In this document: positions 9,089 to 18,803 of the stretch, piece after piece | Layout: every line of letters starts with the position of its first letter | Numbering within the stretch: position 1 is the first letter of the stretch | Notes under the pieces: model-generated | The model's input: the letters and a program-made list of their open reading frames with translations, nothing else | The model's database searches: none | What the model was told of the DNA's origin: nothing | Assembly (NCBI GenBank): GCA_044228505.1 | Contig: JBGAUT010000014.1 | Location: forward strand, 14,725-78,724 | Source of the DNA: Polyangia bacterium | GTDB taxonomy: Bacteria > Myxococcota_A > Polyangia > Palsa-1104 > JAEUJZ01 | Length of the DNA: 64,000 nt | Direction of reading: 5' to 3' | Position numbers and translations under genes: made by a program

Positions 9089-10756
9089 ATGCGACGTTCC
9101 CAACTCACTCTCTCGATTGCTGGGCTCGGTTCGGCCCTGCTGCTTTCCGCCTGCTCCTCTCCGCAGGTTGGATCGACCTGCCCGGTGCCGACGACGGGCG
9201 ACTCCAAAGCCAAGATGAAGGAGTTCAACAAGTGCTTTAGCCAGCTCGGCGAGAGCGTGGTTGATGCGCGGCTCCGCAAGGACGTCGACATTCTGTTCCT
9301 CATCGATAACTCCCCGTCGATGTCTCCGAAGCAGAAAGCACTTGCGTCGAACATCCCCAAGTTCATCCAGAAGATTGACGCCACGGGCGCGAACTACCAC
9401 GTTGGTATCTCGACGAGCGATATTGGTAGCAACGTCCAGCCGGGCGTGCCCTGGGGCGGCAACATCGGCAAGTGCGATAGCTACGAGGGTGACGACGGTG
9501 TGCTACAGGCCGTTCCTTGCACTACGCGCAACACCGTGACGCCCGATGCTCGCAACGCTTGCGCTCAGCTGTGTCCGGACGACAAGTTCGTGCCGACCGA
9601 TGGCCGTCGCTTCATCTCGAAGGTCGACGCGGTCACCAACGTGCCGGTCTCGATGGAAAAAGATCCGGTCACCGGCAAGATGATCGACACCGGCCCGATC
9701 AAGGCCTTCAAGTGTATGGCGCTCGTCGGTGACGACGGTTGCGGTATCGAAGGCCAGATGGAAGGTGCGAAGCGGGCGCTCGATGGACATCGCAGCGAAA
9801 ACTCCGGCTTCCTCCGCGCCAACTCGGTGCTCGCGGTGATCTTCATCACCGATGAAGACGACTGCTCGGTGCAGATGGCGAAGCGCGATCAGAACAACCC
9901 GAGCTACCGTGACTGTGACCCGACCCAGCCGGACTCACCCGAGTGCTACAACGTCGACTTCCGCTGCTTGGCTCGCTCGATCCAGTGTAACGAGTCGACG
10001 CTGACCACTGGCCCCAAGATTGGCTGCAAAGAGCGACCTAACAACTATCTCGAGCCCGTCGAGAAGTACTATCGCTTCTTTAGCAACCTGCGCTCGCCGA
10101 GCAAGCTGCTCGTCAGCGGCATCTGGACGCTGCCCCCGATCGACGGTGGTGGCAAGGTCGAGATTGCACGCGCCGGTGGCACCACCACCCCGAACCTGAA
10201 CCGAGCGGGCGGAGCCGGAGCGTCGTGCGTCTACGTCGGCGATCAGAGCGTCTACGGCCAGGCTCAACTGCGACTGTCGAAGTTCGCCAAGCAGTTCGGA
10301 ACCGATGCCAAGGGCCAGGCCAACGCGCTCGAAGTCTCGATCTGCGACATCGATAACTACCCGTCGGCGCTGGATCGCATTGCGAAGGCAATTGAGCAGC
10401 GGCTCCAGGCGCAGTGCTTGCCAGTCACGCCGAAGAACGATGCCAGCGGTAACCCGATCTGCATCGTGGGCGACGTCGACGAAGCCTCCCCCGCTAGCTC
10501 TCCAGATCCCGAGACGGCCTTCCCGGTCTGCTCGAAGACCTGCTGCAATGCGTGGGCCGCGACGAGCACGCCGACCCCGGGTGATGACTCGATCAAGAAT
10601 GCTTGCGGCGGCGAAGCCCGAGACTGCTACTGCGCCATCAAGAGCAAAGACCCGAACATTTGCAGCGACACCGTGGTTGCTGGAGTGTGGCGCAAGGGTG
10701 GCAGCCAGCCACCTCCGGGCAAGGTCGTCAACTTCCGCTGCGCTGGTGGCGGTTGA
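9089..10756 (+). CDS. vWA domain lipoprotein, tandem paralogue of 7164-8831
   Basis: Same length (555 aa) and architecture as the first copy. Lipobox LLSAC, MIDAS DILFLIDNSPSMS, and the shared C-terminus GKVVNFRC. GGAGG RBS upstream. Confidence 0.8.
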   Translation: MRRSQLTLSIAGLGSALLLSACSSPQVGSTCPVPTTGDSKAKMKEFNKCFSQLGESVVDARLRKDVDILFLIDNSPSMSPKQKALASNIPKFIQKIDATGANYHVGISTSDIGSNVQPGVPWGGNIGKCDSYEGDDGVLQAVPCTTRNTVTPDARNACAQLCPDDKFVPTDGRRFISKVDAVTNVPVSMEKDPVTGKMIDTGPIKAFKCMALVGDDGCGIEGQMEGAKRALDGHRSENSGFLRANSVLAVIFITDEDDCSVQMAKRDQNNPSYRDCDPTQPDSPECYNVDFRCLARSIQCNESTLTTGPKIGCKERPNNYLEPVEKYYRFFSNLRSPSKLLVSGIWTLPPIDGGGKVEIARAGGTTTPNLNRAGGAGASCVYVGDQSVYGQAQLRLSKFAKQFGTDAKGQANALEVSICDIDNYPSALDRIAKAIEQRLQAQCLPVTPKNDASGNPICIVGDVDEASPASSPDPETAFPVCSKTCCNAWAATSTPTPGDDSIKNACGGEARDCYCAIKSKDPNICSDTVVAGVWRKGGSQPPPGKVVNFRCAGGG

Positions 10757-10922
10757 TCGGACGTAGAGCCTAGACCTGCTGATCTCCCGCCTTCCTCCGC
10801 CCTCCTCCTTTCGCTCGGCCCTCTTCCTCCTTCCGCTCCATCCTCATCGATGGAGCGAATGACCTCCCACACAGAAGATCATTTCCAGTCCGGGCCGTGA
10901 CAGGTCTCTCCCTGTACTCGGC

Positions 10923-11669
10923 TTACCTCTTTGAATGGAAGGGTGCGGATGGATGATTGTCTTTCCCAGCACGGACCGAAGCAATCGGGCGAAAGTGGCC
11001 AAGGATCTGCCAACCATCGAGCACGTCTTCCTCGGTAGGAAACGGGCCAATGTTGTGAATCACCAAGGGCAAGCCGCGTGGCCCTTTGCGATCGCTGACC
11101 ACTCCCACGTGTTCTGCGCGGCCGTTATTGTGAAGAGACCACACCAGGATGTCTCCAGGGGCGTAGCTGGTGCGAGCCTCTTGTGTTTCGACCTGACGCG
11201 GCAGAACGCGGGTGTAGGCTTCAAACCAGACAAGGAGCGCCGTAGCGCGGCGGTGATCGATGCTGGCATCAGCACGCTTGCCACCACGTTTGTATGCTCC
11301 CGGACGACGTAGGATGTCCTCATGGACAAGGCGCTGCAGATCAATTCCCACAGCTCGCAAAGCGCGGATCACGACATCGGTACATACTCCGCGTGATGGA
11401 TCCACGTCTCCCCCCGGATAAGAGAGAGCCACGTACTGCGGGTCATAGACGACTCCACGAGTGACCTCTAGCCGGGCACGCTCGACCACGAGCTGGAAAT
11501 CGGGCATCGGCTCGTCGGTACGAACGCTCCCCATCGCGGCGACCGTGGTTCCTGGGGCGGACTGCGCCGACACCGGAGGAGCAGACACAGAGCCCACTGG
11601 GGGGCCTGCATGCACCGTCTCTGTCACACAGAGAACGGCCACCATGGGAATCAATCTACGAAGACGCAT
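10923..11669 (-). CDS. secreted DUF1287-family protein (YijF-like)
   Basis: Signal peptide. Motifs YDPQYVALSYPGGDV and GVCTDVVIRALRAVG are typical of DUF1287. Confidence 0.6.
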   Translation of the reverse strand: MRLRRLIPMVAVLCVTETVHAGPPVGSVSAPPVSAQSAPGTTVAAMGSVRTDEPMPDFQLVVERARLEVTRGVVYDPQYVALSYPGGDVDPSRGVCTDVVIRALRAVGIDLQRLVHEDILRRPGAYKRGGKRADASIDHRRATALLVWFEAYTRVLPRQVETQEARTSYAPGDILVWSLHNNGRAEHVGVVSDRKGPRGLPLVIHNIGPFPTEEDVLDGWQILGHFRPIASVRAGKDNHPSAPFHSKR

Positions 11670-11713
11670 GGAAACCTCTAGCCTTCATATAAGAGTCCTA
11701 CTGGAGTCCTTGG

Positions 11714-13060
11714 TCAAAGAATAGGAACCCCCTTGGGACGGGCGGCAACCACGCGAACAGTCCCCTGATCATTGAGCGGCGCAAACTTGAGACCGGATTC
11801 ATCTCCGCTGTCTGCCACGATGTCATGTGGCCCAAGGATGCCGTCAGGGACTCCGTTCGGTCCGCGATCTTCGACCAAGACCACGATGTGATCCCAGGCT
11901 CGCGGCAGGTTGTCCGCCCCCATGTACTCGACAGCCAGAATGTCGCCGGGTAGCACCTGATGACCCATGCGCAGCGGGGGAATGGAGGCGTGCTCACACT
12001 GGGAAAGTGCCGGTGCCGATCCAGCACACTGATCGACCAGCGTTGGGCCCGCAACTCGCCCAAGGGCATCGATGACTCCACTGACATTGGTGTAGCGGAG
12101 TGTTGGCTTGCCCGCCCGACGAAGCGCACCGACCAGAATGTCCGCGCAGTCTGCACCGACGAAGCGCTCGGTCTGGTTGTGGACACCCTCCCCTGCACTC
12201 CCGAACAGATACGGAACATTGTAAAATGCGGTCAGCCAGCCCAGGAATCCGTCACCTTTTCGGAAGCTGTAGCGGAACACCCGGTCGGAAATGATGCCGT
12301 TCGGGACATCGTCGAGTCCTGGTGTGGAAAGGGGAGCTTCCTGGCCCAAGCGGATGCTCGCCGCCAGTCGCATCGTCCCCAGGTCCTGATGGTCTGCGGG
12401 ACGCGGAGCGACCGACTCCGTAGGGCGGGCATCCGTGACCACCAAACGCAGCGCCCCCACTCCGTCCGCTTCTCCGTCCGCAGAATCGGGACGGGGTACG
12501 ATCGCATGCTCCACGTACTCCATGCGATCGTAGCCAAGCCACTTTCCGTGATGTGGACCGAAGACAACGGCATTGGCGTAGACCCGGACATCCCCATTGG
12601 GAGCCTTGGTATGGACATGCTTCATGCGCGGTTCGATACGCCGCCAAGCCACTGCGAGAGCTGGGCAGCCGCTCGCGCTCCACGACACATGTCCGGGCCG
12701 ACCGTCCTCGCTAAACAGTACCGGGCGACGGTTGAGCGTACCGGGCAGCATCACAAAGACCTCGACCGACTCACCGATGCGGGCGTCAACGGCCTTGGCC
12801 GTAGCACCCTGGTGTCCGCGCACCCGACCTTCCAGCCAAGGGCCGCCACGCAGTGTGCAGGTCGGTGTGGTTGCAGCACTTGCTTCACCCTCCAGCGTCA
12901 GACTTCCCAGCAGCGCGAGCAACAGGCCAATCCCAGTCCAGGAAAGGACAACGGACTTTTTCCACTGAACAAAATCCGATGGCCCATCAACTACCGATTC
13001 GAGCGATGACATGTGCCTGAAAACGTCCATCCGCGAGCAAGGATCTGACATCGCTCCCAT
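11714..13060 (-). CDS. membrane-anchored protein with a C-terminal DUF1287-like domain
   Basis: N-terminal TM helix. The C-terminal GADCADILVGALRRAG and PGDILAVEY...WDHIVVLV blocks parallel the Cys and His blocks of the adjacent DUF1287 protein. Start codon is uncertain. Confidence 0.5.
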   Translation of the reverse strand: MGAMSDPCSRMDVFRHMSSLESVVDGPSDFVQWKKSVVLSWTGIGLLLALLGSLTLEGEASAATTPTCTLRGGPWLEGRVRGHQGATAKAVDARIGESVEVFVMLPGTLNRRPVLFSEDGRPGHVSWSASGCPALAVAWRRIEPRMKHVHTKAPNGDVRVYANAVVFGPHHGKWLGYDRMEYVEHAIVPRPDSADGEADGVGALRLVVTDARPTESVAPRPADHQDLGTMRLAASIRLGQEAPLSTPGLDDVPNGIISDRVFRYSFRKGDGFLGWLTAFYNVPYLFGSAGEGVHNQTERFVGADCADILVGALRRAGKPTLRYTNVSGVIDALGRVAGPTLVDQCAGSAPALSQCEHASIPPLRMGHQVLPGDILAVEYMGADNLPRAWDHIVVLVEDRGPNGVPDGILGPHDIVADSGDESGLKFAPLNDQGTVRVVAARPKGVPIL

Positions 13061-13098
13061 TGTCGGTTCTGTCCAGGCTCGGCCTCGGTATTTGGACC

Positions 13099-13791
13099 TT
13101 AGGGTCTGACCGGTGGACCTTCGAGCGCGAGATCCCCAAGCTGCGCACGCACACGGGCCATAAAGCGCTTACCAGGATCGTCGTGGGTGTTGCGATAGCT
13201 GGGATCATTCTCCAAGTAGTAGGCATGGCCGCGCATCTGATCAGCCTCTTGGTGCCCAATGAGATGCGTGATCGCATAGCGACCAGCGAGGTAGCGAATC
13301 AGTGCCACGTTGGCCGTCACCTGGGCTTCGGTAAGCGGCAGGGTCTTGTCATTGCCCACGTTCTCGATGCCGATGGAGACGTGATTCAGTCCGATGACGT
13401 GACGTGCCATCGTGGTCTCTGGAACCAGTCGATAAATCGTCCCATCTTGATCGATGACAAAGTGCGCCGAAACATTGACTGCGCCGGCCCGCAGCAAGGA
13501 CTTGCGACTTGCCTCTGCTTTCAACCGATTGAAGTACTGCCAGGTGGACTGAAAGGACTGGCCGCCCGTGTAATGAAGCACGATCACACGAGGAGTGATG
13601 CTGGTATCCCGAGCGGCTGCATCTTGGTGAACCCGACGATATTGCAGCGTGAGCTTGACCCGCTCCTCATCGAAGCGGATCGGTCGATCAATGATTACGG
13701 GAGTCACGGATGGCCGCTGCTCCGGTCCAGCCCAGACAGAGCGCAACCCCGATGTCAGCAAAAGTAGCAGTGCGGTGAGAACACGCTTCAC
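13099..13791 (-). CDS. N-acetylmuramoyl-L-alanine amidase (Amidase_2 / PGRP fold)
   Basis: Signal peptide. Motifs VIVLHYTGG, AHFVIDQDGTIYRLVPE and GLNHVSIGIENVG. Confidence 0.75.
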   Translation of the reverse strand: MKRVLTALLLLLTSGLRSVWAGPEQRPSVTPVIIDRPIRFDEERVKLTLQYRRVHQDAAARDTSITPRVIVLHYTGGQSFQSTWQYFNRLKAEASRKSLLRAGAVNVSAHFVIDQDGTIYRLVPETTMARHVIGLNHVSIGIENVGNDKTLPLTEAQVTANVALIRYLAGRYAITHLIGHQEADQMRGHAYYLENDPSYRNTHDDPGKRFMARVRAQLGDLALEGPPVRP

Positions 13792-14002
13792 AATAGCCCT
13801 CCAACCGTGCGCTCATTCATCTGAACCCAACCCCGTGGGAACCGCTCGGCCGCAGCAGCGCAGAATGACCTTCTCAACAGAGTGCATCAAATCCAGCGAG
13901 TGACAATCATAGGATGGAACGGTCGACGACTTCCAGCACCGAAAAGGGTTCCCCCTCTGGTGGATGATTGCCAGCTCTCTATAGAGAGGATGGAAGCACC
14001 CC

Positions 14003-14932
14003 TTAGCGAGCAGGAAGCGGGACTCCCGGCTCACCGAGATAGATTCTGTAGAGATCACCGCTAAGTAGGTTGCTCAAGTACATCCACTCTTCGCCATACG
14101 TACCGCGTCCAACCGCTCCATTGGCGAGCACCGTATCTGGCACCTTGGCCAGCAGCCGATGCGATCTGTCTTGTGCCACGCGATAGACTCCATCGAGCGT
14201 GATGAACAGGTACGCTCCCGAAGCAAGTGTCGCGATGCCATCAACGAAAGCGATATCGGTTGTAAAAGGAACCGGTGCCCCATAGCCGTCCGCTTGCCGT
14301 GGTAGCTGATACACGGTTCGCCCATCCCAAGACGCAACCAGCAAGAACTTGCCATCGGGAGAGAATGCCAAGCCATTGGTATAGGAAATCTGATCGGTGA
14401 CGAGCTTGACTCCCGTGCCATCCGACTCTGCCAGGTAGAGCTTATCGGCCGCAGAATCGGAAAACACCAGTCGATTGTCCGGAGCCACCGCCACAAAGTT
14501 CGTAAGCTTGTATTCGAATGCACCCCCGGCACCTACCAAGATGCTGGTTGCACCCGCCGGAGTGACCCGCCAGATCACAGCCGTCCGCTTCCCATTTACG
14601 ACTCCTTTTCCACAGACCAGGATGTCGCCGTCGGCTCGCACCGCGATTCCCACCGGACTCGGAACATCGGCCACCTTGTGTACCGTCCGATCTGGGAGCA
14701 CTCGCCACAGCGCATCGGCTGCGCCCACGTAGAGCACCGTTTCCCCCGACGGATCTTTGCCAAATGCAATGCCCTCAGTACGTCCAGGCGCAGTGGCAAC
14801 CAACTCGAAGTCACCCACCTGCTGCTGCAGTGAACTCGCGTCCGGCCAAGACATATCGGGAGTACTGACGGAGGACGAAGAACACCCCAAAAGAGCCAGG
14901 GTGGCAGCCACAGCAGTCATGTTGATGCGCAT
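14003..14932 (-). CDS. lipoprotein, SMP-30/gluconolactonase/LRE-like beta-propeller
   Basis: Lipobox LLGCSS. Repeated propeller-blade patterns in the order IAF-DGSG-LY and TNG-AFSPDGK-LLVA. Confidence 0.55.
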   Translation of the reverse strand: MRINMTAVAATLALLGCSSSSVSTPDMSWPDASSLQQQVGDFELVATAPGRTEGIAFGKDPSGETVLYVGAADALWRVLPDRTVHKVADVPSPVGIAVRADGDILVCGKGVVNGKRTAVIWRVTPAGATSILVGAGGAFEYKLTNFVAVAPDNRLVFSDSAADKLYLAESDGTGVKLVTDQISYTNGLAFSPDGKFLLVASWDGRTVYQLPRQADGYGAPVPFTTDIAFVDGIATLASGAYLFITLDGVYRVAQDRSHRLLAKVPDTVLANGAVGRGTYGEEWMYLSNLLSGDLYRIYLGEPGVPLPAR

Positions 14933-15026
14933 CGCGCCGCATCCTATCCCGAACCGCCCACTCCAGCGCAAGTACATCGCAGAATCTGCTTCCGCTCACA
15001 CCCGCCCCCTGCGCAGCAAAGAACCG

Positions 15027-16238
15027 TCAAGAAAGGAAGAGCCGATGGACAAACCACAGTGAGCCCAAGACAGCAGCCACCACAGAAGAAGCTCGTACCA
15101 GCCATTCCAGATCGTTCGCTGGTTCATTCCGAGGGGAATCGATGTGGGCCTTGTGATGCAACAGCCGTCGCCGTGCCAGGTCGACCCGAACGAGCAGAAG
15201 AGGAAAAATGATGAACAGAGCCCCTAAGAAGAGCGCCTGCCCGATCTCTATCCCTACGTTGAATCCAATCAGACTGACGGCTCTGCGCGCTGCGGTGACT
15301 CCCATTTCAGTCATCGCGGAAGCAAAGCCAAGCCCGTGCAAAAGTCCACAGGCAAACACCACCGCGATGCGCCGACTCTGTGACGTCTTGACGCGGCGCA
15401 GGTTGAGAAGGGCCATCACCACAATGCTGGCGGCAATCAGCGGCTCGACGATCCGAGCAGGGGCCTTCGCCCATCCAAGGACTGCGATTGATAGGGTGAT
15501 GCTATGGGCCACTGTAAAGGTCGTCAGTACGGCAAGCCACTGACGCCAGCCGGTGACTCCTAACAGCACGGTCAACAGGAACAGCAAGTGGTCGACACCG
15601 AGTAGGATGTGCTCGATTCCCAGCGCCACGAAGTCCACAAACAGTCTGGCAGGACTGCGGAAAAAGGAGTGCTCTTTGGCGAGCGGGCGGAGCACACCAA
15701 CCTCCGCCGGATCAGAGCCTCGGGTGGCCCGGATCGTGAGCTGTCCCTCTCCATCAGCAGTACCAAACAGATCGGTCACCAGCCGCAACGATTGGGGAGG
15801 CGCAGGGAAGCTGGTCTTTAGGAGTGCCAGGATCTGCTTGGCCCCAGCCTGGCTCGATTCATCGCGCTCGTCATGCTCGGCTCGCAGGTGCACCAGTTCC
15901 TGGACTCCCTCCTTGGCTGCATGGTCTGAGCTACGTCTCAGCATGCCAAGCCAGCCGCGACGGTCGTCCTCGTAAAGGCGAAAGCGCGAACCAACCTGCC
16001 TCTGCAGCTCCGCTTGGTGTCGAAAGACCTCCTGTTCCGACAACCGACCATCCCCATCATCGTCGACTCCGTGGAGTGCAGACACCGGAACGGCGACCAC
16101 CTCGAAGACCGCATTGTCGATGACGTTCAGCGTCCCCTGTTGCGCGGGCATCATGTGCGCAGACGCTGAATCTGCACACAATAGGAGGCTTAGCACCCCA
16201 GCCTGAACCTGCCGATTGGGGGACGCCATGGTATGCAT
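15027..16238 (-). CDS. HupE/UreJ-family membrane protein with an N-terminal EF-hand
   Basis: Signal peptide. EF-hand loop DDDGDGRLSEQEV, then HupE/UreJ_2 signature GIEHILLGVDHLLFLL and multiple TM helices. The ORF runs to 16442 but the start was chosen at MHTMASP. Confidence 0.6.
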   Translation of the reverse strand: MHTMASPNRQVQAGVLSLLLCADSASAHMMPAQQGTLNVIDNAVFEVVAVPVSALHGVDDDGDGRLSEQEVFRHQAELQRQVGSRFRLYEDDRRGWLGMLRRSSDHAAKEGVQELVHLRAEHDERDESSQAGAKQILALLKTSFPAPPQSLRLVTDLFGTADGEGQLTIRATRGSDPAEVGVLRPLAKEHSFFRSPARLFVDFVALGIEHILLGVDHLLFLLTVLLGVTGWRQWLAVLTTFTVAHSITLSIAVLGWAKAPARIVEPLIAASIVVMALLNLRRVKTSQSRRIAVVFACGLLHGLGFASAMTEMGVTAARRAVSLIGFNVGIEIGQALFLGALFIIFPLLLVRVDLARRRLLHHKAHIDSPRNEPANDLEWLVRASSVVAAVLGSLWFVHRLFLS

Positions 16239-16419
16239 GATCGCACGGACTTCGCCGCTGCTCAACAACTGCGGCTCCATCACCCTCCCTGTCCTAGCCG
16301 ACCGGCACGCCTTGCGACGGTACGCTGCGCCTTCAGCCACTCCAGCTTGCGACTTCCCGGCTCGTACGCGATGATCCGGGCGGGTTTTTCTTCGGGGCAT
16401 GCCCCTTGGGAGGTTGGTT

Positions 16420-18093
16420 ATGAATGAGCGCGGTAGTCGCAAGATTCCGGTTACTGAACGGCAGTTCCTGTGGGTTCAAGACGACGACAAGGGCGAGGTA
16501 ACGCTCCATGTTGGTCCAACGATGGTGTCACCGACCGCCGCCGATCGAGTCGTAATCGACGACGGTCAGGGCAGCTTCCGAGAAGACACCTCGGGCCGCC
16601 CCCAAATGATGATCGAAGTCGGCGATCATCAGTACGCCGTGCTGTTCAACCCGCTGCTCGAAAACGACGGCGGTCCCAATGGGCGGTTCCGAGTGGGTCG
16701 CAACGAAGCACGTCCACTCAAGAACGGTACGCGAGCAATGATTCCGGGACCATGCAGTTACTTTCTGCGCCCCGGACAACGCTGCGAGGTCCGCGATGCC
16801 CATGAACTATCTGCGAGTCAGTATCTGGTCGTTAAGGTGTACGGACCCGTCGATCGAACGGCACCCTACTTTGATGTAACGGCACGGTCTGCTGCGATCA
16901 CCCGAGCCACGGCAGAGGCACTCGATGGTCGTCCAACCCCGCTGCCTGAAAAGGGAATCGATCAAGAGCTGAAGCGCGGTCAGCTCATCGTCATTCGCGG
17001 CATCGATACCCAGTTCTACATTCCACCAACCGGCGTCGACATCGTTCCAGATACGTCGGTGGACGAATCGGGTGCCACGGTGAGTGCGACCACGGCACAG
17101 AAGCTGCTCCAGCAGATGCAAGCGCAGCTCACCAAGCCAGTGCTTCCGCCACCGCCACCTACTGCCAAAAAGGGAGCCATCAGCGAAGAAGAACAGCTTG
17201 ATCTGCGCAGCGAGGATGACGAGTCCCCAAGCGATAAAAGTCGATCTCCCAGGCGAGCAGTGGCCCAGTACCAAGCGGAAGCCGCCGCGCAGATGATCGA
17301 CCAGTCCGCACGCACCCGGCAAAGAGTGGCAGCCCCCGCGCCCGTTGCGCCTCAGGCCGGGCCACCGCGTCCAGCGGCGATGCCGCCACCTCCTGCACCC
17401 CCAGTATCCAACAACGCCGGATTTGCCGCACCAACCAACACCGCAGTCACTACCGTGTCTGTGGATGATGTGCTGTCTTCCGATGCACTCCGCAAGGCCA
17501 TCGAAAAAGAGGCACGTCAAGCGCGTCTTATTCGCAGCGCTGTTGTCCTGGGTGAAAAGGAATACTGCGTACTCATCGATCCGGATGGCAAGCGCGAGAT
17601 CAAGGTTGGCCCAGCTCGGGTCTTCCCTGGACCGTATGATACGTTTATGATCAAAGGCTCACGCAACCGTGTCTACGATGCCTATGAGCTTCTGCCGCAG
17701 CGTGCCCTGTGGCTGCGGGTGATTTCGCAGTCCGGACGCGAGGACATGGCCAAGAAGATGCCGCGTGGCGTCGAGTTAGAGAAAGAACAGTACTTCCCTG
17801 GCGATGAGCTGCTGCTGTGCGGAGTGTCCGGCTTCTTCTTTCCATTTAACGAGATCGAAGTCCTGTCCCCTCACACTGGCGAGGCAGTGGTTGGGAACGA
17901 TCACTCCAACGTCTTTATCGAAGCCATCGGAATCGATCAGAAGAGCGGCATCTGGTCACCTTGCGGATTGCGCGTCGCCCATTCCTATGAACTGAGTGTT
18001 CATCATCCATCGGTCATCCACGGCTCTATATCGCACCAATTCTCACCAGCGGTTGATGGCTGGCGCATCGCAACTGCCCTGTCATGCTCTTAG
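16420..18093 (+). CDS. major vault protein (MVP) homologue, N-terminal vault-repeat fragment
   Basis: Three blocks align to the eukaryotic MVP repeat region. [27 protein letters not shown] matches [37 protein letters not shown] matches [64 protein letters not shown] matches [64 protein letters not shown] RBS before the ATG at 16420. The last 47 aa are non-MVP tail after the att core. Confidence 0.7.
   Translation: [557 protein letters not shown]
17941..17953. repeat. left copy of the 13-bp direct repeat AAGAGCGGCATCT (att core)
   Basis: Identical 13-mer at 31311-31323. Flanking imperfect similarity GCCATCGGAAtcgatcag versus GCCATgCATCGGGAA. Confidence 0.5.
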
Positions 18094-18112
18094 GTACTTA
18101 CGGAGGATCACC

Positions 18113-18727
18113 ATGAAGAAACGAGCGCTTCTAGGACGAACGAACCCTAACCGCAGAGATTTACTCAAAGCCGGAGCAGGCATCCTGGGCGGACTGTCCG
18201 CCTGCACGGTGATCGGATCTCTTGGCAGTGCGCTGACCTCGTCGGGATGTGGAGCACTCCGTTTCGATATCAATCAGCCGATCCCCGAACAGAGGATCAT
18301 GGGCAACGTCCTCGCTGGTGTGCTTGGCGCATTCCTGCCCACTCCATTTTCTTTGCCCATCAACCTGGAACAGGAAACCAAGTCACATGGCACCGGCCCT
18401 GCCCAGTCAGCGGGTCTCACCGCACTGTCGTTTAAGCTGACCAACATTCCCAATCCACCGCGCAGTAGCGACAATTTTGACTTTGTCGATCGCATCGAAA
18501 TCTATGTGGAAAGTGTGAAATCTGGCACTGCTCTCACCAAGCAGAAGGTGGCCGATCTGCTGAGCGTTCCAAAGGGAGCGACAAAGCTGAACTTGCAATG
18601 CTATCCCAACGTGGACCTAGTCCCCTACATCAACGAAGGGGCGAGGATCAGCTCGACAGCATCTGGACGTGTTCCGAGCAACGACATCACGTTCGATGGT
18701 CTGGTTACGATCGAAGTACGTGTCTGA
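18113..18727 (+). CDS. Tat-signal lipoprotein of unknown function
   Basis: Twin-arginine motif NRRDLLKAG and lipobox LSAC. GGAGGA RBS before the ATG at 18113. Confidence 0.6.
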   Translation: MKKRALLGRTNPNRRDLLKAGAGILGGLSACTVIGSLGSALTSSGCGALRFDINQPIPEQRIMGNVLAGVLGAFLPTPFSLPINLEQETKSHGTGPAQSAGLTALSFKLTNIPNPPRSSDNFDFVDRIEIYVESVKSGTALTKQKVADLLSVPKGATKLNLQCYPNVDLVPYINEGARISSTASGRVPSNDITFDGLVTIEVRV

Positions 18728-18803
18728 CGAATCGGGTTCTCACACCTCGGCTAGGTCAGCCACCGAAGACTCCGTGATACTCTGACAACACGGAGAAAGT
18801 CTG

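Noticed and set aside
16470-17520. Several overlapping ORFs inside the MVP N-terminal gene
   Set aside because: They are Arg- and Pro-rich alternative-frame shadows of a GC-rich gene whose sense frame has clear MVP homology.
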